NCBI GenBank assembly: GCA_018384735.1
Contig: JAHAXB010000032.1
Coordinates: forward strand, 7,660-71,659
DNA: 64,000 nucleotides
Direction of reading: 5' to 3'
From: Eubacteriales bacterium
GTDB taxonomy: Bacteria; Bacillota; Clostridia; Christensenellales; UBA1242
Shown here piece by piece: positions 47,776 to 58,168 of the stretch. Under the pieces are notes generated by a model, which searched no databases, had not been told where the DNA came from, and saw only the letters and a list, made by a program, of their open reading frames with translations. Every line of letters starts with the position of its first letter. Within the stretch, counting starts at the first letter, position 1. Made by a program: the position numbers and the translations under genes.

Positions 47776-49608
47776 ATGTGCGGAATCAATGGCTTTATCA
47801 ATTTTCATTATCCAAAGTCGCAAGCGTTAAACATTTTAACACGCATGAACCACAGTTTGGCGCACCGCGGTGCGGACGACAGTGGCACCTATCATCACAG
47901 CAAAGTTTATTTAGGACAACAACGGTTAAGCATTATCGACATAAACCGCGGCCATCAACCGATGAGTTACACCCACCAAGGGAAAACTTACACAATTGTT
48001 TATAACGGCGAATTGTACAACGCGGACGAATTGCGCGCCCGCTTAAAACGGTACGGCGTGCGTTTACGAACCAGTTGTGATACCGAATTAGTTTTGAAAT
48101 TGTTCGCGGTGGAAGGTCCCCGAGCGTTGCACCACCTGAACGGAATTTTTGCGTTTGCTGTTTACGAAAAGACCAGTCAACGTTTGTTTTTGGCGCGTGA
48201 CCCGTTGGGCGTAAAACCGCTGTTTTACAGTTGGCAAAACAGTGCATTGGCGTTCGCTTCTGAAATTAAAGCCCTGTTCAACCACCCGACCATCAAACCC
48301 CGCGTAACCGCGGACGGACTGCGTGAACTGTTTGGGATTGTGCCGGCGCGTACCCCGGGCAAGACGGTCTACGCGGACATTCAAGAAATTAAGCCCGGCG
48401 CCTACACATGGTGGCAGGACGGTGTTTTCACCACCAAGACCTATTTCAAACTGCAAAGTCGACCCCACACGCAAACTGCCCCACAAACCGTTCAAACCAT
48501 CAAAACCATGCTGAGCAACATCGTACAAAATCAATTAGTCAGCGATAAAACGATTGGCTTTATGTTGAGCGGTGGTTTGGATTCCAGTGCGGTAACTGCC
48601 TTAGCCGCCCGCGCCGGTCAAAGTTTTCAAACCTTTTCGGTCGACTATGTGGGCAACGACGACAATTTCAAACCCACGGATTTTTCGCCCAGCCGTGACA
48701 ATTACTACATCGATTTGGTCGCTAAACAATACCACACCCGCCACAGTTATCAAGTGTTAAACTCCGCCGACCTGTGCGCCAGTTTGCGTGAAGCGTTAAT
48801 CGCCCGTGATTACCCCGCCATGGCGGACATCGATAGTTCGTTGTTACTTTTCTGCCGTGCCATCAAAAAGGAAATTACGGTTTGTTTCAGTGGCGAATTT
48901 GCCGACGAAATTTTCTGCGGTTACCCGTGGTTTTATCGTGCCGACACGGCTAACGCCACCACTTTCCCGTGGGCGATTGATTTAACCATGCGCGAACAAA
49001 CAGTGGCTAAGCACCTGCGGGCGCGCTTAAAACTTGCGGAGTTCGTAAACCAAACTTACGCCCATGCGGTAGCCGAGGTCCCCTTGTCCCCTGCGGATAG
49101 TCCCGCCGACCGCCAAATGAAAATTTACAGTTACCTGACCATGCGTTGGTTCGGACTGAATTTATTGGAGCGTGCCGACCGCATGGCCATGCGTTGTGGC
49201 TTGGAAGTACGGGTGCCGTTTACCGACATCAATTTAGTGCAATACGTCTACAACATTCCGTGGACGATGAAAAACTACGGCGGACACGAAAAAGGTATCT
49301 TGCGTGCAGCGATGTCCGACCTGTTACCCACGGAAATTATTAACCGCAAAAAATGCCCGTATCCCAAAACTGTGGATCCGGTTTATACTGCTTTAATTGA
49401 AGACAAGGTGCGCGCCTTAATTACGGAGGAAAAACATCCCGTTTGGCAAATCGTGGAGCGCGACTATGTGAACCAAGTTTTGCACGAAACAAACCCTGCG
49501 GGAACCCGCCCTTGGTTTGGTCAGTTAATGCAACGCCCGCAGTATTTGGCGTTCATTTACCAAATTGCGTTATGGCTAACCGAATATCACGTGATTTTGG
49601 ATTTATAG
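47776..49608 (+). CDS. asnB: Asparagine synthetase (glutamine-hydrolysing), AsnO-like
   Basis: N-terminal MCGI, HRG, YNGELYN, LSGGLDSS, SGEFADE, LEVRVPF, RKKCPYP. Confidence 0.94.
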   Translation: MCGINGFINFHYPKSQALNILTRMNHSLAHRGADDSGTYHHSKVYLGQQRLSIIDINRGHQPMSYTHQGKTYTIVYNGELYNADELRARLKRYGVRLRTSCDTELVLKLFAVEGPRALHHLNGIFAFAVYEKTSQRLFLARDPLGVKPLFYSWQNSALAFASEIKALFNHPTIKPRVTADGLRELFGIVPARTPGKTVYADIQEIKPGAYTWWQDGVFTTKTYFKLQSRPHTQTAPQTVQTIKTMLSNIVQNQLVSDKTIGFMLSGGLDSSAVTALAARAGQSFQTFSVDYVGNDDNFKPTDFSPSRDNYYIDLVAKQYHTRHSYQVLNSADLCASLREALIARDYPAMADIDSSLLLFCRAIKKEITVCFSGEFADEIFCGYPWFYRADTANATTFPWAIDLTMREQTVAKHLRARLKLAEFVNQTYAHAVAEVPLSPADSPADRQMKIYSYLTMRWFGLNLLERADRMAMRCGLEVRVPFTDINLVQYVYNIPWTMKNYGGHEKGILRAAMSDLLPTEIINRKKCPYPKTVDPVYTALIEDKVRALITEEKHPVWQIVERDYVNQVLHETNPAGTRPWFGQLMQRPQYLAFIYQIALWLTEYHVILDL

Positions 49609-51780
49609 TTAGTCCTCGACTTTACGCAGGTGGTACGCCTTTGATTTAGCCAAGTCTTTGAAACCATTGCTGTCGTACAACGAAGTATCCAAGAACACCG
49701 AAGCGTAAGTGCGGTTGACCAAGGGTGCGACCTGTTCAATTTGTTCGGGAGTTAATGCGACCCCGTTAAATTCCACGAAATCCAGCGTACGCCACAGTTG
49801 CCAATTCACTTTTTTGTCATAGTAAGTAATGCCGCGATAGGCGTATTGCTTAATGGTTGAACCGTCGGTTTCATCCAAGGCGCCCCAAGTGTAACCACCT
49901 AAGTAGCCGACCCCGATGGATTGTTCGGTGCTAAAAATGCTGTGACCATAAGTTAATTGTTGGTCAGTTTGAATGCCAAACAAACTGCAAGTAGTCGGAT
50001 AAATATCCATGGTCGAAGTAAAGCGTTGAATCGTGTAACCACCGTTGACGCGTTCGTTGGCGGGCTTATGCGCGTTTTGACCTTGGGTTAAAGTGGCGTT
50101 AATTTTTTGCTTCGGGTTGTAAACAATCAACGGCGAACGATTACCCATCAAGTCGCGCGGATTTTTGTTTTCCGATTCCAAAGCGAACGGATTAACATAG
50201 TAATAATGATCGCCGAACATGACAATCGCGGTAGTTTCAATCAGTTTACGTCCCAACGGGTCGGTTTCGTCCGTGGTGGTACGCAAATGCTCCAACAAGG
50301 CGCCAAAGCCCAAATCAAAGTTATAGGTACCCGCTAAATAGTTTTTCGCGGTCAAAACTTCGGTGGCGTTACCGTTAGCCAAAACCGGATAAATTTGTTT
50401 CAACGCTTCCCAGTTTTCATTCTTGCTGCCGTCCGCGTTTTTTTCGCTGAACAAGTACTCAAAGATTTCTGGATAATAATCGCCCAAGTTAAACCGGCTG
50501 GCGTTCAACGCGTGCGTAGAAACACTAATCAAGTAACTGTAAAAATTCTTATCCGCCGGCGCGATTTCGTTCATATTTTCCACAAACAATTCTTTGTCCG
50601 AGTTTAAGCCACAGTGCGCGGTATAGTGCGGATTGTCGTAATCATTGAAATCGGTAAAACTGTCAAAGCCCAAACGGCTGGTAAAGATTTTTTCGCGTTG
50701 GTAACTGCGTCCATCGTAGTTGTGGAACGCTTTGGTTTGGTAGCCACTGCGTTGGAAAATGTTACCCAGTGAATGCGGAATGGTCACGTTGCCGTAATTG
50801 TTCCATAACTCTTTGCCGGATTCGTGCATGCCGGTTTGCGCAATGTGGTCGGTAAAGCAGGTGCGTTCAATGCTGTAATAACCGTCGACCTCAACACAAC
50901 TTTGTTTCATGAAAGCATACAGGTTGGGCATGGTCACGGGGTTAATGGCGGCACGTTCAAAGGTTTCCATTAACACCATAATCAGGTTGTCGCCTTCGCT
51001 TAAAGTTTGGTCCTCAGGCAAAGCAAAAGTGTTGGCTTTAAATTCTTCGTTCAATTTGACTTTCAGGGTATCGGTCATTTTGGCTTTGACGCCACAAATT
51101 TTCAAGAAGTTATCCAAGTAGTAACTGTAACTGCCGAAAGTACGTAAACTGGAAACGCGGTTGCTGAAAGTATCGTACAAGAACTTTTCGTTGCTCAAAT
51201 TGGCGACATAATAGTTGTGACCCTTTTTATAATCGGACAAGCCCGAATAAGCTAAGGTGTAACTGAAAAAACTGACGAACGCCAACACGCCACAAAAGAT
51301 GGCTTGCCAAGTGTTTGGGCGCTTGGTCTTGGGCGCACGACAAAACATCATGATTAAAATCACGCCAACCACATACACCACAATCAAAGCCACAATCGGC
51401 ACCAAGAACAAATAGTCAATGTTGACGGCCCCCGCGTTACCAAATGCCATAATCAAAGTCTTCAAAGTTTCCAACGAAAAAATTTCCATGCATACATCGT
51501 ACGCGATAATGTTAGAAATTGAGGTGGTCAACTGCCACGCGAACAACAAGGAACAAAAGATGGTTTGAATCCACTTCTTGCGGATTAAAGCCACCAACGC
51601 CGCAATAATTAAAACAATGGACAAACTGAAAACATAGGCCTTAGGGAAAGCCATTCCCATAATCGCAAACATCATCACTTCCAACAGTACGGATGAGACG
51701 ACGAACAGCGCCGGGATAAACAGGTAACTGACACGACGGTAAAATGGCACACGGGCCGTGTCATGCAAGTCCATTTTCAT
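49609..51780 (-). CDS. LTA synthase / alkaline-phosphatase-superfamily membrane enzyme
   Basis: About five N-terminal TM, VLMETFE, AFHNY, STH, FGDH, STMDIYPT, GHS. Confidence 0.8.
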   Translation of the reverse strand: MKMDLHDTARVPFYRRVSYLFIPALFVVSSVLLEVMMFAIMGMAFPKAYVFSLSIVLIIAALVALIRKKWIQTIFCSLLFAWQLTTSISNIIAYDVCMEIFSLETLKTLIMAFGNAGAVNIDYLFLVPIVALIVVYVVGVILIMMFCRAPKTKRPNTWQAIFCGVLAFVSFFSYTLAYSGLSDYKKGHNYYVANLSNEKFLYDTFSNRVSSLRTFGSYSYYLDNFLKICGVKAKMTDTLKVKLNEEFKANTFALPEDQTLSEGDNLIMVLMETFERAAINPVTMPNLYAFMKQSCVEVDGYYSIERTCFTDHIAQTGMHESGKELWNNYGNVTIPHSLGNIFQRSGYQTKAFHNYDGRSYQREKIFTSRLGFDSFTDFNDYDNPHYTAHCGLNSDKELFVENMNEIAPADKNFYSYLISVSTHALNASRFNLGDYYPEIFEYLFSEKNADGSKNENWEALKQIYPVLANGNATEVLTAKNYLAGTYNFDLGFGALLEHLRTTTDETDPLGRKLIETTAIVMFGDHYYYVNPFALESENKNPRDLMGNRSPLIVYNPKQKINATLTQGQNAHKPANERVNGGYTIQRFTSTMDIYPTTCSLFGIQTDQQLTYGHSIFSTEQSIGVGYLGGYTWGALDETDGSTIKQYAYRGITYYDKKVNWQLWRTLDFVEFNGVALTPEQIEQVAPLVNRTYASVFLDTSLYDSNGFKDLAKSKAYHLRKVED

Positions 51781-51833
51781 CAAAGTTAGTATAGTCTTTT
51801 CGCGTGTTTTTTGTCAACGAACACAAAAAAAAT

Positions 51834-52895
51834 TTATGCTTGGTTTTCGTAGCCGTGTGGGTTTTGCGAATAGAAACGCCATAAATCGCGCGCCATCGCG
51901 TCCAAATCGTATTTAGCGTGCCATTCCAAATCTTTGGCAGCGTGTGCGGGGTCCGCATAGCAGGCCGCAATATCGCCCGCGCGACGGGGTTTGATTTGGT
52001 AAGGTATGGTGCGACCGGCCGCGCGCTCAAAGGCGTGTAACACGTCCAAAACACTGTAACCTTGTCCCGTGCCTAAGTTATATGTATAGACACCGGATTG
52101 GTTAATTTTGGCGATGGCTTGAATGTGTCCCAAAGCTAAATCGCAAACATGGATGTAATCGCGCACGCCCGTGCCGTCCGGCGTGTCATAGTCGTTACCA
52201 AAGACTTGCAGGAACGGTAACTTGCCGGTTAAAACTTGGGCGATGTACGGGGTCAAGTTGTTCGGAATACCTTGCGGGTTTTCCCCAATTAAACCGGACG
52301 GATGCGCCCCGACCGGATTGAAATAACGCAAAATGACCGCGGTCCAGTTTTTATCCGCCGCGCAAATATCGCGCAACATATTTTCAATCATTAACTTGGT
52401 GGCGCCGTACGGGTTCGTGGTATGTAACGCGCAATCTTCGGTCAAAGGCAAATATTCCGGATTACCGTAAACGGTCGCGCTGGACGAAAAGACAATGCGC
52501 TTTACGCCGTACGCTTGCATGACCATCAACAACGATAAAGTCGCATTCAAATTATTTTCGTAATAACGCAAAGGTTGCGCCACACTTTCGCCGACCGCTT
52601 TCAAAGCCGCAAAGTGGATAACCCAGTCAATGTGGTGTTTTTCAAAAATCTGCGCCAACTCCGCACGGTTACGCAAATCGACACGATACCACGGGAAGGT
52701 CTTGCCGGTAATTTGGGTCACGCGGTCCAAACTGACGGGCGAACTGTTGATGAAGTTGTCTACCACCACGATGTCGTAGCCCTGTTGCAAAAGCTCCACG
52801 CAGGTGTGACTGCCAATGTAGCCCGCCCCGCCCGTAACCAATACGGTACCCTTGCTAATGTTTTTTTGTTCCGTCACCTTTGCTTTTTTCATCAT
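51834..52895 (-). CDS. galE: UDP-glucose 4-epimerase
   Basis: TGGAGYIGSH, KAVGES, SSSATVYG, YGATK, RYFNPVGAH. Confidence 0.97.
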   Translation of the reverse strand: MMKKAKVTEQKNISKGTVLVTGGAGYIGSHTCVELLQQGYDIVVVDNFINSSPVSLDRVTQITGKTFPWYRVDLRNRAELAQIFEKHHIDWVIHFAALKAVGESVAQPLRYYENNLNATLSLLMVMQAYGVKRIVFSSSATVYGNPEYLPLTEDCALHTTNPYGATKLMIENMLRDICAADKNWTAVILRYFNPVGAHPSGLIGENPQGIPNNLTPYIAQVLTGKLPFLQVFGNDYDTPDGTGVRDYIHVCDLALGHIQAIAKINQSGVYTYNLGTGQGYSVLDVLHAFERAAGRTIPYQIKPRRAGDIAACYADPAHAAKDLEWHAKYDLDAMARDLWRFYSQNPHGYENQA

Positions 52896-52939
52896 TACCA
52901 TTTTACCCGCCAACCATATCCGTGGCAAACAAAAAACAC

Positions 52940-53623
52940 TTATTTGTTGGCTTCTGGGTCAGTTTCCAGTGTGGCGTTTTCCGTGGTAACGATGGCACGG
53001 CGTTTTTTGAGTACGTGCAAGATAACTTTGGTGATGATTGCTGCCAAAATTAAAAGCAAGAACACAATCAATAGAATGTCAGTAATCTGTGGGAAAGCAT
53101 TACAAGCCAGTGTCACAATTCCCCCACATAAAACGTTACCAGCAATGACAGCGGCACAAATTACCCAGAAATTCAATCCCAACAAGACCGCAAAGCAAGT
53201 ACCCGTCCAAACACCGGTCAATGGCACAGGGAACGCAACAAACAAAAAGACCGCTAAGATTTTTAACCACAAAGTACGACGCGCAGTTTTGCCTTGGTTT
53301 TCGGCTTTGATTTTTTCCGAACGTTTGGTGATGTCGCCAACCAAAAAGTCCACGATAGTTTTGAAGAACTTTTTGTCTTTCATCCAATTATAAATTGGAC
53401 GGAACAACAAAGCCACCACGGGTACCACCAAGCAACTACCCAGCAATGCCCATAAGAATGCTTGCCAAGTAGGTAATGCCGATGAACCCCAAATAGATTC
53501 ACTCATACCCATTGGAATCGCAACTTTCAATTCAGTAATCGGCAACATCGCCAAAAACATGGTTCCTAAAATTGAATTACCGCCAAAAAGTTTTACGATA
53601 AATTTAGCAACGATTTCCCCCAT
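52940..53623 (-). CDS. COG2426-type small multidrug-export-like membrane protein
   Basis: AMLPITELKVAIP, FVAFPVPLTGVWTG. Confidence 0.82.
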   Translation of the reverse strand: MGEIVAKFIVKLFGGNSILGTMFLAMLPITELKVAIPMGMSESIWGSSALPTWQAFLWALLGSCLVVPVVALLFRPIYNWMKDKKFFKTIVDFLVGDITKRSEKIKAENQGKTARRTLWLKILAVFLFVAFPVPLTGVWTGTCFAVLLGLNFWVICAAVIAGNVLCGGIVTLACNAFPQITDILLIVFLLLILAAIITKVILHVLKKRRAIVTTENATLETDPEANK

Positions 53624-54339
53624 TATGCGTCCTCACCTTGAATTGTACCAAAACGGCGGTGGCGATTTTGGTATTCTAACAACGCGGTGTACAAATCTTC
53701 CGCACCAAATGCCGGCCAATAAATTTTCGGGAAATACAATTCAGCGTAGGAAACTTGCCACAACATGAAATTGCTTAAACGCTGTTCCCCGCTGGTACGT
53801 ACCACAAAGTCCAACAACGGTTGGTCATGGGTATACAAATATTTTTCCATGGTCGCACGGTCCACGGTCGGTGCGACATGGTCGGTCAACATTTGGTTGA
53901 CGGCACGCACGATTTCGTCCTGACCACTGTAATTCAAGCCTAAGTTCAAAATGTATTGCGTTTCATTTTTGGTCGCTTCCATCACGGCACGCGCATTTTT
54001 CACTAACGCCGCCGGAAACTTAGTATAATCGCCCATGATGTTCAAACGCACATGGGGATATTTTTTCACAAAGTTATTGGCTTTCAAATATTCGGTAAAA
54101 TACTTAAACAAGAAATCCAATTCGCCCTTGGGACGATTCCAGTTTTCAGTTGAGAAGCAATAGATACTGACATACGGAATATTGTAGTGGTAAAAACATT
54201 CTTTAATCACGACATCCAAATTTTTAATTCCGTGTTGATGACCCTTGTTACGGGGCCAGCCACGTTCTTTTGCCCAACGACCGTTGCCATCAATAATAAA
54301 GCCAATATGCTCGGGCAATTTCTTCAATTCAGTAGTCAT
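53623..54339 (-). CDS. uppS: Undecaprenyl diphosphate synthase
   Basis: DGNGRW, FSTENWNRP, RTSGEQRLSNFMLWQ. Confidence 0.96.
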   Translation of the reverse strand: MTTELKKLPEHIGFIIDGNGRWAKERGWPRNKGHQHGIKNLDVVIKECFYHYNIPYVSIYCFSTENWNRPKGELDFLFKYFTEYLKANNFVKKYPHVRLNIMGDYTKFPAALVKNARAVMEATKNETQYILNLGLNYSGQDEIVRAVNQMLTDHVAPTVDRATMEKYLYTHDQPLLDFVVRTSGEQRLSNFMLWQVSYAELYFPKIYWPAFGAEDLYTALLEYQNRHRRFGTIQGEDA

Positions 54340-54434
54340 AGTCAAGTCTCCTTAAAAAACTAGGTACGATTCACGGATTTCGCACTGTCGCTAGTGAAAG
54401 GTTACCACAAATTACAATTTGCTGACAAGCAACA

Positions 54435-55340
54435 TTATTGTGCTTGCTGGTCGTCCGGTCGTTTTTTGGCAAATTGCTTTATGATTTCCGGCGTATTTTC
54501 GGTTACTTCCGTGTCGTATTCCAACGGGATACCGTAAGTGCGTTCGTAGCAACGACGCCACGCTTCAAAGTTCGCACTCATTAAATATTCAACATTAGCG
54601 CGTTCGTCCAATTCCTTACGTGGATAAATGGGTGGCAAAATGTGAATGGTATAGTTACCAAAGTTCACGCGTCCGTTTTCATCCAAACGTTCGGGTTTAT
54701 CTTCAATCGTAATAAACAAAGGCACAATCGGGCGACGGTACTTAGCTGCATAGTGGAAAGCCCCCGGTTTCAACGGACGTGGCTTTTTGTATTCGTGCCA
54801 CATTGCTTGTTCCGGATAAATTAAGATTGGCCAACGCTTACGCAAGAAATATTCCATCGCGTGGTTGAACTTACGCATGACGGACAAATTCAAATTTGCG
54901 GGGATGGGTAAGTAACCAGTATTGCGGGCGATGTTGCCCATTTTACCTTTCCAGTTATTAAAGTCCGCAGCGACAAATTTCAGGTCATAACCAACCGCAG
55001 CACGCACCGCGAAGGAGTCCACCTTGCTAATGTGGTTACAAGTAACAATGTAACCGCCGAACAAACCAAACAAGTTGGTACGCCCCACCACTTTCAAATT
55101 GGTTAAACCGCGGTTAATTTTACGGCAGTATTTTTTTAATTTGCGAATGTAAAAAAAGTGTTTAATGCGGTCACGATAACGACGGCGCAAGTAGTTAAAA
55201 GTTTCATCCACCGGGTCACAACCGTCATAAGTGTTTTCGTTTTCATCGGTGTTAAATTTACCGACGCGCTCGTATTCTTTTTGTTTTTGTAAGGCGGCTT
55301 CAAACTCAGCAGGTGATTCTTTCAGAATGTTGATGTCCAC
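54435..55340 (-). CDS. PlsC-superfamily acyltransferase
   Basis: CNHISKVD (HX4D), IYPEQ, KPGAFHYA. Confidence 0.85.
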   Translation of the reverse strand: MDINILKESPAEFEAALQKQKEYERVGKFNTDENENTYDGCDPVDETFNYLRRRYRDRIKHFFYIRKLKKYCRKINRGLTNLKVVGRTNLFGLFGGYIVTCNHISKVDSFAVRAAVGYDLKFVAADFNNWKGKMGNIARNTGYLPIPANLNLSVMRKFNHAMEYFLRKRWPILIYPEQAMWHEYKKPRPLKPGAFHYAAKYRRPIVPLFITIEDKPERLDENGRVNFGNYTIHILPPIYPRKELDERANVEYLMSANFEAWRRCYERTYGIPLEYDTEVTENTPEIIKQFAKKRPDDQQAQ

Positions 55341-55356
55341 GACAAGTTAGTTTCCT

Positions 55357-56322
55357 TTATTTTTTTATCTTTATTTTAGCGGGTTTTTGCGGTCGGCACC
55401 AAGTTTTTAACCCTAACCACAGGATACATTTGAGATTAGGTTTTGCCAAACGATTTTTGTAAATTGCATGTCGATTTTGATAAGCAAACTGTTTTAAGAC
55501 TTCAAAATCCTCTTGTTTGTGACGTTTCCCCGCCAAAAAGGTTTCGGCACAACAACTGAAGGTCGCCCAACCAGTAAGAGTATTTTGCACCACAGGGTTG
55601 GTTTCAGCCGCACTTAACTGTATCAGTTTGTTCACCAGATTGATGTGGGCGCAGGAAAACTTTTTGTGCGATTCCGAACCGATACGCCAAAAGTAATGGT
55701 ACAAACGGTCGTTGATGCAGACCATCTTGTGGCAGTGTTGAATGTAACGTAAGTTGAACAATAAGTCTTCGCCATAACAATAGTCGTTGTCGAAGCGCAC
55801 CGGCTCCGCCCCGTTAATAATGTCCATACGGTAAATTTTGTTCCACAAAACAATGGCAGTACGATAAACAACCTGGGGCAAAATTTGTTGGTCGCAGTAT
55901 TCACGCGCGGAACTGTGGAAAGGTGGCAATACCGGAAACGGGAAAAAGCGTACCGCAAAACGACAGGCTGCTAAGTCGGCTTGGTGGCTGATAATGGCTT
56001 GGTATAATTTTTCCACATAGTGCAGTTTTACATAGTCGTCACTATCGACCCAGACACAATATCGACCATGGCAATGTTCCAACAGGTAGTTACGCGCCTT
56101 GGCAACATTGCCTTCATTATTTTTTTGTAACAAGACAATGCGCGGGTCGGTATCGGCAAACTTTTTCGCGATTTGATAGGTTTTATCAACCGAGCCGTCA
56201 TCGACCACGACAATTTCCAAATTGTGGTAGGTTTGTTTTAAGACAGAGCGCAAACAACGTCCGAGATATTTTTCTACGTTATAAGCTGGAATTAAAACAC
56301 TGATTAAATCGCTGTCCACCAC
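55357..56322 (-). CDS. Glycosyltransferase family 2
   Basis: IPAYNVEKYL, VDDGS, ARN, VDSDD, GED. Confidence 0.93.
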   Translation of the reverse strand: MVDSDLISVLIPAYNVEKYLGRCLRSVLKQTYHNLEIVVVDDGSVDKTYQIAKKFADTDPRIVLLQKNNEGNVAKARNYLLEHCHGRYCVWVDSDDYVKLHYVEKLYQAIISHQADLAACRFAVRFFPFPVLPPFHSSAREYCDQQILPQVVYRTAIVLWNKIYRMDIINGAEPVRFDNDYCYGEDLLFNLRYIQHCHKMVCINDRLYHYFWRIGSESHKKFSCAHINLVNKLIQLSAAETNPVVQNTLTGWATFSCCAETFLAGKRHKQEDFEVLKQFAYQNRHAIYKNRLAKPNLKCILWLGLKTWCRPQKPAKIKIKK

Positions 56323-56337
56323 TGCTCCTAAAATGAA

Positions 56338-57306
56338 TTATTTTTTGTACTTAGCCAAAACTTCATCGATTGTGGTGTTAGCCAAAATTTTCTTGAATGT
56401 ATTGGGTTTGGTTAAAATTGCCGCGCAAGTTTCGCCCATCTTTTGTGCACCGATAGCATCGGCTTCCCTTTGGGCTTGGGTATATTTTTCACGCATTTTT
56501 AACAAGTCTTGATAGAACGGAGTTTCCTTAGCATAGTGCCAGAAATATTCTTCGTACGGGACATTGAAATACAACCAGGGCTTCATAAACATATTGTAAT
56601 GAACCAGATAAATATCATCGTTGTACGGAGTCGGGTTGGCTTGTTTATCCCAACCTGCGTGCAAGTATAAAACATGGTCTTTACAAATCACGTTTAGATA
56701 GTCTTGGTCAGGTGCCACGGTTTCAAAGTTATAGGTCATCAACAAAGCAATAAATTTTTCTTCCACTTGGTGGACACGCATCGCATCCAAATCAAATAAA
56801 TCCACACCACTGCAGAAATATTGGTTAATCGGAATACCGACCGCGTTTTCAACATAATCAATCAGAACGGGGACACTGGGCGCAACTTCGTCCAAAACTG
56901 AAGCCAGATAGTTACCTTGCAAATCAGTGTTGAATAATTTGGCAATGTCGGTTAAAACCACCACATCGCAATCAATGTAGATGGCTTTGTGGTATTGCGG
57001 GAATAACTTGGGAATAAAAATGCGGTAGAAAATCGCGTCACTGTAATAGTCGCGCAACGCTTTATCCATCGCCGCTTTGTACGGTTTAATTTGTTCGGTC
57101 ACATTGTTAAATTCGATGGTTAAAAAATCCGTTTCAAAGGTTTTCACTTTGTCCATATTGGCTTGAGTTAAACCGTTGTTTAAAATGTGAACTTTGTAGG
57201 TTAATTCTGGATTGCAGTTATCGATAATCGATTTGACCGCCACGCACAAGTACGGAATGTAATTATCGTCAGAAGTTAAAAAAATCGGAATGATGTTTTG
57301 GTTCAT
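56338..57306 (-). CDS. Glycosyltransferase family 8
   Basis: DDNY, YIDCD, YFCSGV, DQDYLN, HYNMFMKPW. Confidence 0.92.
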   Translation of the reverse strand: MNQNIIPIFLTSDDNYIPYLCVAVKSIIDNCNPELTYKVHILNNGLTQANMDKVKTFETDFLTIEFNNVTEQIKPYKAAMDKALRDYYSDAIFYRIFIPKLFPQYHKAIYIDCDVVVLTDIAKLFNTDLQGNYLASVLDEVAPSVPVLIDYVENAVGIPINQYFCSGVDLFDLDAMRVHQVEEKFIALLMTYNFETVAPDQDYLNVICKDHVLYLHAGWDKQANPTPYNDDIYLVHYNMFMKPWLYFNVPYEEYFWHYAKETPFYQDLLKMREKYTQAQREADAIGAQKMGETCAAILTKPNTFKKILANTTIDEVLAKYKK

Positions 57307-57325
57307 ATGTTCCTCCTATGGTAGG

Positions 57326-58168
57326 TTAATTTTTAATTGGGTTTTTGTCTAGGAAATTTTTTTTAATTTCCAAATAAGCCGCCAAAATATCGTCCACATA
57401 ATGGATACGGTACTTATGTAACATCTGCTCGTCCCACGGTTTAATGTTGCGGGTATGAAAATACGGCACCCAGGCAATGGTTTTGGCGAAGTGGCGAATC
57501 ACAGTGTCTTTATGTAAAATCTTTTGGTCGTTATATTTATGTGGCAAGTATTTGATGTGACCGCGACTAACCTTATTTAAGGACGATTGGTCGTGGAATA
57601 ACATTTTTTTGGTACGAATTAGTTCACGACAGCGTTCCAGCACACGTTCCTGTTTCATGACAGCTAAGTTCATTAACATCACGCCGGAGTTGACATACTT
57701 GGGGCTGATAAAAACCTTACCGTAATGGTCAAGCACGGCACCGAAATGATAGTCGGTAACATCCTGCTCCCATAATTCGGTGATATCTTTCATGGCGATG
57801 GTATCGGTATCTAAATACAAAACCTTACCCGGCAATGGGGCTTTATCCGCCAATAACCGAAGCATGGCAAACGGCGTATACAGATTTTGTTCGTTGATGT
57901 TGCCATCCAATTCAGCCAAATATTCTTTGGTTAAGTCCACCAAAATGGCACGGCTGGCGGGATTAGCGCGATGCAAAATTTCGTCAAAGACCGCCACGTG
58001 ACGCGCGTCCAAAGGTTTCCATTTCGGGTCCTTGTCCGACAAATCCATGGTAAAGACATAAACATCTAACGGACGTTGGCAATGCTTCGTCATTGATAAT
58101 AAGGAAGTCACCACCCCGTCAAACGCGTAATCGTTACCGCTATAAAGCAGACTAATTCTTTCGTTCAT
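57326..58168 (-). CDS. Glycosyltransferase family 8
   Basis: YLDTD, YVNSGV, DQSSLN, IKPW. Confidence 0.9.
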   Translation of the reverse strand: MNERISLLYSGNDYAFDGVVTSLLSMTKHCQRPLDVYVFTMDLSDKDPKWKPLDARHVAVFDEILHRANPASRAILVDLTKEYLAELDGNINEQNLYTPFAMLRLLADKAPLPGKVLYLDTDTIAMKDITELWEQDVTDYHFGAVLDHYGKVFISPKYVNSGVMLMNLAVMKQERVLERCRELIRTKKMLFHDQSSLNKVSRGHIKYLPHKYNDQKILHKDTVIRHFAKTIAWVPYFHTRNIKPWDEQMLHKYRIHYVDDILAAYLEIKKNFLDKNPIKN

